NCBI GenBank assembly: GCA_000146045.2
Contig: BK006947.3
Location: forward strand, 352,001 to 416,000
Direction of reading: 5' to 3'
Origin: TPA_inf: Saccharomyces
Taxonomy: Eukaryota
Length of the DNA stretch: 64,000 nucleotides
In this document: one piece after another, positions 1 through 8,923 of the stretch
Layout: every line of letters begins with the position of its first letter
Numbering within the stretch: position 1 is the first letter of the stretch
The notes under the pieces: model-generated
The model's input: only the letters and a program-made list of their open reading frames with translations
Databases searched by the model: none
What the model was told of the DNA's origin: nothing
Program-made: the position numbers and the translations under genes

Positions 1-819
1 TACCGTTTATGGTATAAATTAGAAAAGTTAAAGCAGCATGTTTTCATTTGAAACAAATACTAATGCAATAATAGGTACACCATCTACTACATAATTAATT
101 GATAGTTTCCTTTTCCGTTAAGTGCATGCATAGGACGCCCATAATTTTTTAAGTTAAAAAAGCATGTATTTACCTATTCGGGAAATTTACATGACATGGA
201 TGCCATAAGGAACGAAAATGAAACATGCATGTCAGAGGAAAAAGAACAAAGCGAGAGGAAAAAGCTGTTGCATTACCACGTAATTTTGTATATAAATATC
301 TGATAAATAACCATTTTATTTCCATCCACTTCTTCTGTCGTTCATCCGTTCATTGACATCACTAGAGACACCAGCGAGCTATCATCTTCATACAACAATA
401 ACTACCAACCTTAATGCAACCGATCACCACTGCTTCCACACAAGCCACTCAGAAGGATAAATCCTCTGAAAAGAAAGACAACTATATAATCAAGGGCCTC
501 TTCTGGGATCCCGCCTGTGTTATCGCTTAATTTTTGACGACAACCAAGAGGTCAAATCAATATCTACCCTTTCATTTATTACGTGTTGCTGGCAAACTAA
601 TTTATTCCAATTCTCTCATCATTAGCTCACCCTTTCCATACTTTTTCATACTTTTATACATATGTATTTGTAGTTATCACTTTAACAGATTTTTTCATGT
701 TTTTCTTTTCTGATACGCCTTTCCCTCCGCAGGAAATGAAAGATGAACCACCCATTACATTCGATTTTTTTTTTAATTATATTTTTGACTATTATTTAAT
801 CATTAAAAACACATATATT

Positions 820-3042
820 TCATAAATTCGTAAGGTCGTTAGTTCTATCGTAAAAGTGAAAAAGTTTTGAGCCAGTTTTCAAAAACCCGCAGGATCCCAC
901 TATGTATGGCTTTAAATAATGGTTTTTCACGTGCATCAAGTCCGTACTATCTTCACCACTATAAACTCTTATAGGTGGATTATTCGTTTCGAATGCTGGT
1001 GGCAGTGCCGGTTTGAAAATAATCTTACCTACCCATGGGTGGTCTTCCGTTAACGGTTTGATGCATCTTAATGAGTCTTTGATATATCTTTTCCTTGAAA
1101 CTAGTTGTGTCGCCGGTGCCCACTTCGAATCGTTACTGGATTGATTCTTATTTCCACATTTTAGTGACAATTTCTTTGGAAAATCATGATTTAAACAACC
1201 AGTCACGGAAAAGCTTTTCGTACTGAATATTGTACCGTACTCAACGTCCGCATTCTCATAGCGAGATTCTCTTTCATCCAAATATACCAATCTATTGATG
1301 TCATCATCCTCAACATATCCATCTTCATCATCCTCTTCGTAATTAGCATCGTCTTCGTCTTCGTCATCATCTTCATCTCCATTTACATCTTCATTGCCAC
1401 GGTTTAACTTTTCTTCACGATTCGTACGCTCAGCAGAATTCGAAATAGTTGACCTTCCTGTTCCCTCGTATACCGGTTCAAAATTATTAATTTTCAACAC
1501 TGACCGATCACAGCGCAAAGGATCTATAGGGTTGGAATTCGATCTACTTCTGAAGTTTTCATGGATGGATGTTTGTGCCGTTAAAACAGAATGTGCTGTG
1601 GGAGAAAAAGTGGAAGATAGAACAGAAGTATTGGTATTAGTAGTACTACCATTGTCATCGATTTCTTCTTGAACACTATTCAGTTCCTTCGATCTCATTT
1701 TTTGTCCAATGTCCATATTAGAGTTTTTTCTCGAACTGGAATCTGTTTTAAAGAAATTTCTTAGTTTTGATGTAAATAAGCCACAAAAATCAGTTTGAGA
1801 ACTCTCCCCTGCCAATGAACCAGAGTCATTGGGCCCATTGGAGTCATGACTCGCATCGGATACAGAGGGAGGTAGCAAGCTTAAACTTCTTGATCTTGAT
1901 TTGTTTGTCGGACGTTCGTTGCCGGTGGCCACTTTTGTTACAACAGAAGAGGTGTGTGATCTTCTTAAAAGTAAAGAGTGGGAGCGAGAATCATTTCTAT
2001 CACTATTTTGTCTGCTCTTGTTTTTGTTTTTGTTCTTATTGTGTTGCTTAAATCTTCTTGCCCTCGGATGTCTCCTTCTGGGAACGCTTCTATAGGTGGG
2101 CATTTCCCTCAATTCCAGATCCAAGGACAGGGATATACCCATGTTCAAATACATAGCCCAATAGATCAATTCGTCTACATGAGAAAACTGCACTAGAAAC
2201 TGTTGTCCCTCACAACGCATTCTTAAAACAAAATCTCTAGAGGAATAATCTATAGGCAGACCAACTTTGGCACATTGCAGGGAGTAACTCTTAAAGAGGC
2301 GCTCATCTGATAAAAATTTGTGCTCGTCTCGTGCTATTTCCCCGCATATCCTTTCCTTGTCATATTTATCGAATTGGTAAGTGGATTTCGTCGTGAACGC
2401 ATTTAATAACGACCGAGCCGAATGATGGCGATCGCTAGCAGTTTTGGAATGGTGGGAATGGTCAAACATGTCACCACCACGATAGTTTTTAATATGCCTG
2501 GTTAATGAATCGTCAATAGAATAAAAGTTTATCTGCGTAGAGTTTATTTGAAGAATAAAGTTGTTCCATAATCGAGAAGAAGCATTTTCAAAGGGCGATA
2601 GTTTTTCCATCTTCATAGAAACCACAGTATAGTGTTCTACAGACGGTGTATAACTGGGAGGTTTCACAGAAGTGAGGCACGGACGACAATGCTCATATAT
2701 AGGGTACCTAATGACTTTAGACGGATTCGCAAAATCATAACACGGAGGTTCCACTGGGTACGGATCTATGCAGTAAAGCACGTTTTTGTCAGCAACATCA
2801 ACATCTACTCCGGATTGTGGCTCCACTATTTCGTTCATGATGTTTGTGTTAATGTCTGTTATGCTATCGATATGGTTAAAAGTCACTTTCGGAAGCGGAG
2901 AATCCAGAATAGAATTACTAGTAGTACTGGAACAAAGAAACTCGTCGCCCATGGATATGGATGAGGCTGTCTGTGAAAGCTTCAGCCCCGTACTATCCAT
3001 ACCGTCGTGGTCTATTGTCATTTCAAAGATGCTGGAGGACAT
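820..3042 (-). CDS. YNL144C: Uncharacterized 740-aa protein with acidic and basic low-complexity tracts (paralog of YHR131C)
   Basis: The six-frame ORF 820..3171 gives 783 aa. I place the start at the in-frame ATG at 3040..3042 (MSSSIFEM...), giving 740 aa. It is transcribed divergently from MEP2, as on chr XIV. It contains a D/E block ([26 protein letters not shown]) and an (NK)n plus R/S-rich tract. Confidence 0.7.
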
Positions 3043-4793
3043 TTTCTGAATAGGTCCGTTTATCTCTTCTGCTGTCTGCGAAAACAACGTAAAAAAATAG
3101 TGCTTAGTGTTACTGCCTGTGTAACAACTAGTGCCAAAGTTACAAAGAAACTTCACTAACAGTTTTTGCAATTTACCAAGAAAGCACCAACAAAATAAAT
3201 AAATAGCATGCCTGTATATATTACGAAAAGTCCTTCAACTACGTCTTCCACTTGCTCTATCCCTTGGCGGAAAACAGAATACATGCAAATTTTAGAGAAT
3301 TTTTCAAGATGCCTGCCCCCCACATTTTCTTACTTGATCAAGAGCAGATCTGTTCCTTTGCGCAGGGGGTTGCATGGGGGAGAAACTGGCCGGAAGCAGC
3401 CGAAAGAAAGTTCGCAAAAAGATAATGGGGACAGTATTAGAGAAAACGGCGTGGAGGGGTATGGAGGAAACAGTTAGCATAGGTAACGAAAAACCGCAGC
3501 AAAATAATTCTCTCTTTTTTTCTTTTGACTTAGTTGTGGGACCCGGATCATTCGGTACTGCATCTTATTCCCGTGCCAAGGTCTCTGGGTGTTGCTGATT
3601 TCCGGGTATCCAGAGCTCTATCTGCTTCCGTACCCAGTGAGTGAGCTAAAATAAAAAAGGGGCCTCGGCGGAATTTGAATTCGGGTTACGTTTCCCACGG
3701 AGCCCCGGATAGAAAAGATTAGTTTCAGGTACATGTGTCAAATGAGGATAAATCTCAAACACCCATGTACCGAAAATCGATGTGTTGGTTATATTACAAG
3801 GTTGGAATAGACCACGGTGATAAGACGTGGAATTTTTGACTGACCATGCGACTCTGAAGGTGTTAACCGGAGGAATTCACGTAATTTACATCTCAAGAAC
3901 AGCAGAACAAAGATCGAGTATATGATGAAATTTCGTTTTACATGAATAAAGTCATATTTTAACTCACTGTGCACGGATTAAGGGCTGTGATTTAGTGGGA
4001 CGAGTGGTTCTACACTACTCAAGAAGTCACGCTGTCATTTGATGGAATTACAGTGCTTATTAGGAGCCGTGTAGCTTAGTGTGAATTGATGGAAGCTTTC
4101 GAGTTTCATAGAACATATCTGGTGAATGTATATGAGTTTTTCATTCCTTTTACGAGACGCAACTTTCCGCGGTTACGGAACTGTTGTTTTGTTTTACATC
4201 TTTTCATTTTTCATACATTTTATTGAGGCGTAGAAATGAAATGGGTAGAGCGGCACATGGATGTAACAATCTCCATTATTCACGTCGAGCCGATACCCGC
4301 TTCTGTTGACGCTCTGTTAAGCATAGAACCTACGAGATTTGTGCTAAAGGACGTTGGCAAGGAAGAAAACTATTGTTGATGACAGGATTTATAGCAGTAA
4401 ATATTTTTTTCTTTTTTGCGAAATTATGTACGTTTCTCATCCAAGAAGAATCCTGTTAATATTTAAATTTCTGCTAGTCATTATCATATTGCAATGGCTT
4501 TTATTAGTGAAAGCCACTGTCAACAGTAACTGAGCTACTCCCTCCAATGTTGTCTAACTCTATGCTCTTTTTGGCGTCTGAATGAGCCATAACGAGGGAA
4601 ATAACTGTATCAGGAATACTAACAGAATACAGATTGGATGCACTGGTGCTGGTGAGTTTTCTTTTTCTGATATTATTGGATAATATTTTCAGCTATAGAC
4701 TATCATCATTCAGCATTGGTCACGCTAAAATATACGTTCCATGCATACGTGATAGCCTACTCGGTTGTCAACTTCATTTTATAGGCTGCCTGG

Positions 4794-5010
4794 TCACCGA
4801 TTACCGCCCCGCTCAGCAGGACGGTTTAAGCTTCTGTTCTTGGAAACGACGTAATTCATGTCGGCCATCGAAATCATTCCTGGCTTTGTAATAGTCATAA
4901 TGAACAAGGAATGCTGTCTTGGGTTTTTTTCCCTTTGCGAATACCCGGGCTGCCAAAATAGAAAAGGAACAAATGGTAGGTCTTTAAGATAAGAAAGATA
5001 AGATAAGACA

Positions 5011-5044
<34 letters not shown>

Positions 5045-5186
5045 CCGATAACAAAGAAGAATCCTTCGGTCTCTTCTTACTGCTGTTACTGCTTATCAAG
5101 AGTGTCTGGTAATAGTCAAAGCCAGATAAGATAAGAAATGTAAAATCGACTATTTCCCTCGTAAAAAGCTTCAATTGCTCACGCAT
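4794..5186 (-). CDS. YNL143C: Hypothetical 130-aa ORF, probably non-genic (overlaps the MEP2 promoter)
   Basis: ORF track only. The ORF body spans a T32 run (5013..5044, encoding K11 on the minus strand) and a GATAAG cluster. No recognisable domain. Confidence 0.25.
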
Positions 5187-5225
5187 CGACGAATACTAAG
5201 CGGCGTGAAGACCCTGTGCCTTATC
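4988..5225 (+). promoter_or_regulatory. Cluster of GATA-factor (UAS-NTR) motifs in the MEP2 upstream region
   Basis: GATAAG at 4988..4993, 4997..5002, 5002..5007, 5125..5130 and 5130..5135. GATAAC at 5047..5052. CTTATC at 5092..5097 and 5220..5225. All lie 230 to 470 bp upstream of the MEP2 ATG. Confidence 0.65.
5013..5044 (+). repeat. T32 homopolymer (A32 on the minus strand)
   Basis: 32 consecutive T at 5013..5044. It lies inside the annotated YNL143C frame (poly-Lys) and in the MEP2 promoter. Confidence 0.95.
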
Positions 5226-5452
5226 AATGAAGTATTCAGTACAAGAGGTGTTCATTCCGAGCCACTTTTCTGCACCATATATAAGCAGTAGTTACACATG
5301 TGCTAACCAAACATCAGTGGGTAGTAATCATTCGTGCTTTCACGTCCTTTCAAATTAAATATCCTTCTTAAATAATAAGTCTGCACAGAGCTTTGAAAGA
5401 AGTTTAGTTTTGTAATATATCATACTTAATATATTACAATACAATATCAACA

Positions 5453-6952
5453 ATGTCTTACAATTTTACAGGTACGCCTACAGGCGAAGGAACGGGTGGT
5501 AACTCGTTGACAACAGATTTGAATACACAATTTGACTTGGCCAACATGGGATGGATCGGTGTGGCTTCAGCAGGTGTGTGGATTATGGTCCCAGGTATCG
5601 GTTTATTATATTCTGGTTTATCCAGGAAAAAGCATGCTTTATCCTTGCTTTGGGCCTCGATGATGGCTTCCGCCGTGTGTATTTTCCAATGGTTTTTCTG
5701 GGGATACTCATTAGCTTTCTCACACAACACTAGAGGTAACGGTTTTATTGGTACCTTGGAATTCTTTGGGTTTCGTAACGTTTTAGGAGCCCCATCTAGT
5801 GTCAGTTCTCTTCCCGATATACTGTTTGCCGTTTACCAAGGTATGTTTGCCGCAGTCACCGGTGCCCTAATGCTAGGTGGTGCCTGCGAGAGGGCAAGGT
5901 TGTTTCCTATGATGGTGTTCTTGTTTTTATGGATGACTATTGTTTATTGTCCTATTGCATGCTGGGTCTGGAATGCCGAGGGTTGGTTGGTCAAATTGGG
6001 TAGCTTGGACTATGCAGGTGGTTTATGTGTCCATTTAACATCTGGACATGGTGGTCTAGTTTACGCTTTGATACTGGGTAAGCGTAATGACCCTGTTACA
6101 CGTAAAGGGATGCCCAAGTACAAACCACATTCCGTCACCTCGGTGGTTTTAGGCACAGTGTTCTTATGGTTTGGTTGGATGTTCTTTAACGGAGGCTCTG
6201 CAGGTAATGCAACTATACGAGCATGGTACTCTATTATGTCCACAAACTTAGCTGCTGCTTGCGGTGGCTTGACATGGATGGTTATCGATTATTTCAGATG
6301 CGGAAGAAAGTGGACTACAGTTGGTTTGTGTTCAGGTATCATCGCTGGCCTAGTGGGTATCACCCCAGCCGCCGGGTTCGTGCCAATCTGGTCAGCCGTT
6401 GTCATTGGTGTGGTTACTGGTGCAGGATGTAACCTTGCTGTTGACTTAAAGAGTCTATTGCGCATCGATGATGGTCTAGATTGTTACTCTATCCATGGTG
6501 TGGGTGGTTGTATTGGTTCTGTATTAACTGGTATCTTTGCTGCAGACTATGTAAATGCCACTGCAGGCTCTTACATTAGTCCAATTGATGGTGGCTGGAT
6601 CAATCATCACTATAAACAAGTTGGTTATCAATTAGCAGGTATATGCGCTGCACTAGCCTGGACTGTTACTGTCACATCTATCTTGCTTCTAACTATGAAT
6701 GCCATTCCATTTTTAAAACTAAGATTAAGTGCTGATGAGGAAGAATTAGGTACCGACGCTGCTCAAATTGGTGAATTTACATACGAGGAATCCACTGCTT
6801 ACATCCCAGAACCAATCAGATCTAAAACATCGGCACAAATGCCACCTCCTCATGAAAACATTGATGATAAGATTGTGGGTAACACAGACGCAGAAAAGAA
6901 TTCTACGCCTTCCGACGCTTCTTCTACTAAGAACACTGACCATATAGTATAA
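5453..6952 (+). CDS. MEP2: Ammonium permease / transceptor of the Amt/MEP/Rh family (499 aa)
   Basis: Full-length ORF. N-terminus MSYNFTGTPTGEGTGGNSL and multi-TM Amt-type sequence recognised as Mep2. The upstream region is rich in GATAAG (NCR) motifs. Confidence 0.96.
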   Translation: MSYNFTGTPTGEGTGGNSLTTDLNTQFDLANMGWIGVASAGVWIMVPGIGLLYSGLSRKKHALSLLWASMMASAVCIFQWFFWGYSLAFSHNTRGNGFIGTLEFFGFRNVLGAPSSVSSLPDILFAVYQGMFAAVTGALMLGGACERARLFPMMVFLFLWMTIVYCPIACWVWNAEGWLVKLGSLDYAGGLCVHLTSGHGGLVYALILGKRNDPVTRKGMPKYKPHSVTSVVLGTVFLWFGWMFFNGGSAGNATIRAWYSIMSTNLAAACGGLTWMVIDYFRCGRKWTTVGLCSGIIAGLVGITPAAGFVPIWSAVVIGVVTGAGCNLAVDLKSLLRIDDGLDCYSIHGVGGCIGSVLTGIFAADYVNATAGSYISPIDGGWINHHYKQVGYQLAGICAALAWTVTVTSILLLTMNAIPFLKLRLSADEEELGTDAAQIGEFTYEESTAYIPEPIRSKTSAQMPPPHENIDDKIVGNTDAEKNSTPSDASSTKNTDHIV

Positions 6953-7335
6953 TGATATACTCAAGCAGACTATGATTTTATGTTTAATCTTTATGTAACG
7001 CTTCATTTAATAATTTTATTTTTAATATTTGATATATTTTCTTTTTTTGATAACTCCGAATGATGAGGGGAGACGTTAGTATTACTTCTCTTGTCTTATG
7101 TTATTATCATAATCGATGACTTTAACTGTGCACACTATAATATACAGCATCTCCAGAGCATGATAGCAAGAAATTTTCTTTAAGAAAGCCTCTATATACC
7201 CTATATATGCTGTTAACAGGAAAAGAGCACAAGGTTTATTTTGCTTTGGTTGCAAATTTTCATCGCTTATAGAAGACATATTTTGATGTAAAAACCTTGA
7301 TATACTTCCTTTTTGCCTTATCTTTCACTGTTTCC

Positions 7336-7343
7336 ATCTCTTT

Positions 7344-7387
<44 letters not shown>
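7336..7387 (+). repeat. T52 homopolymer in the MEP2-AAH1 intergenic region
   Basis: 52 consecutive T at 7336..7387, about 210 bp upstream of the AAH1 ATG. Confidence 0.95.
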
Positions 7388-7388
<1 letters not shown>

Positions 7389-7595
7389 AATCTTAAAATT
7401 CTCGAAACTGCACTGAAATGGCGCAGGAAACTGACCTCATCGCATGCCAACGAAGATTGAAAAAAATTAACATATAAGGCTTATGAAAGCGACATCTTTT
7501 GCAAATGAATAATTGACAAGCAGGCCTGTGTATTTATAGTTATTTTGAAATAATAACTACCATTAGAACTAACAAAAGAAAAGAAAAAAAAAATA

Positions 7596-8639
7596 ATGGT
7601 TTCTGTGGAGTTTTTACAGGAGTTACCAAAATGTGAGCATCACTTGCATTTGGAAGGTACTCTAGAACCTGACCTATTGTTCCCATTAGCTAAAAGAAAC
7701 GATATAATTCTACCTGAAGGTTTTCCTAAATCGGTCGAGGAATTAAACGAAAAGTATAAGAAGTTTCGTGATCTGCAGGATTTCTTAGATTACTATTATA
7801 TTGGTACTAATGTCTTGATTAGTGAACAAGATTTCTTTGATTTGGCGTGGGCCTATTTTAAAAAAGTTCACAAACAAGGCTTGGTCCATGCTGAAGTGTT
7901 TTACGACCCTCAGTCACATACATCTAGGGGCATCTCCATAGAAACAGTCACTAAAGGTTTCCAAAGAGCTTGTGACAAAGCCTTCTCTGAATTTGGTATT
8001 ACATCCAAGCTAATTATGTGTCTGTTAAGACACATTGAACCAGAGGAATGTTTGAAAACTATCGAAGAAGCTACCCCATTTATTAAAGATGGTACTATCT
8101 CTGCCTTAGGATTAGATTCTGCTGAGAAACCATTTCCCCCACATTTATTTGTTGAATGTTACGGAAAGGCCGCCTCATTGAATAAAGATTTAAAACTAAC
8201 TGCACACGCAGGTGAAGAAGGCCCCGCTCAATTCGTCTCGGATGCTTTAGACTTGTTGCAAGTAACAAGAATCGATCACGGTATCAACAGTCAATACGAC
8301 GAGGAGTTATTGGATAGGTTGTCGCGCGACCAGACCATGCTAACTATTTGTCCTCTCTCCAACGTGAAGCTACAAGTAGTCCAATCCGTTTCAGAGTTAC
8401 CACTACAAAAGTTTCTTGACAGAGATGTTCCATTTTCTTTAAATTCTGATGACCCCGCCTATTTTGGTGGTTATATCTTAGATGTCTACACTCAAGTTTC
8501 GAAAGATTTCCCACACTGGGACCATGAAACATGGGGTCGTATCGCTAAGAACGCCATTAAAGGTTCATGGTGTGACGATAAAAGAAAGAACGGTTTGTTA
8601 AGTAGAGTGGACGAAGTAGTCACTAAATATTCGCATTAG
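7596..8639 (+). CDS. AAH1: Adenine deaminase (adenosine/AMP deaminase fold, 347 aa)
   Basis: Full-length ORF with the HLHLEG metal-binding motif near the N-terminus. Recognised as Aah1. Position between MEP2 and THO2. Confidence 0.94.
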   Translation: MVSVEFLQELPKCEHHLHLEGTLEPDLLFPLAKRNDIILPEGFPKSVEELNEKYKKFRDLQDFLDYYYIGTNVLISEQDFFDLAWAYFKKVHKQGLVHAEVFYDPQSHTSRGISIETVTKGFQRACDKAFSEFGITSKLIMCLLRHIEPEECLKTIEEATPFIKDGTISALGLDSAEKPFPPHLFVECYGKAASLNKDLKLTAHAGEEGPAQFVSDALDLLQVTRIDHGINSQYDEELLDRLSRDQTMLTICPLSNVKLQVVQSVSELPLQKFLDRDVPFSLNSDDPAYFGGYILDVYTQVSKDFPHWDHETWGRIAKNAIKGSWCDDKRKNGLLSRVDEVVTKYSH

Positions 8640-8923
8640 TACCATTTGCAAGACATTGTATAATATTTTTGTTGAAAGTCTTTTTCGATTCATAAGCGCT
8701 TTTTTGTAAATTTATAACACTATGTGTATGCACAAATTTCATTCGATGTTTTTGATGCTTTTTACATCCCCTTTTGTGTGGGAAAGGATACAATAGAATT
8801 CTACAAACTTATTTGAGTGATTATACGAGCATTAGCTGGACCTTTTGTATTTCACGAGATTACAATTCGGGAACTATCAAAGTACACGTTAAAATTCAGC
8901 TCGGGTATGTTAAGTACTAGTAA

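Noticed and set aside
1394-3049. Multiple 60 to 110-aa plus-strand ORFs inside YNL144C, and similar short ORFs inside MEP2, KRE33, NMA111, TOM70, DCP2, MLS1 and YNL115C
   Set aside because: All are nested in or antisense to long, well-supported ORFs and are the expected noise of a six-frame scan.
3540-3660. GC-rich segment that superficially looked like it might be a second tRNA or other small RNA gene
   Set aside because: No A box/B box pair and no GTTCGA T-loop motif. It cannot be folded into a cloverleaf by eye. It is treated instead as part of the regulatory GC island (see findings).
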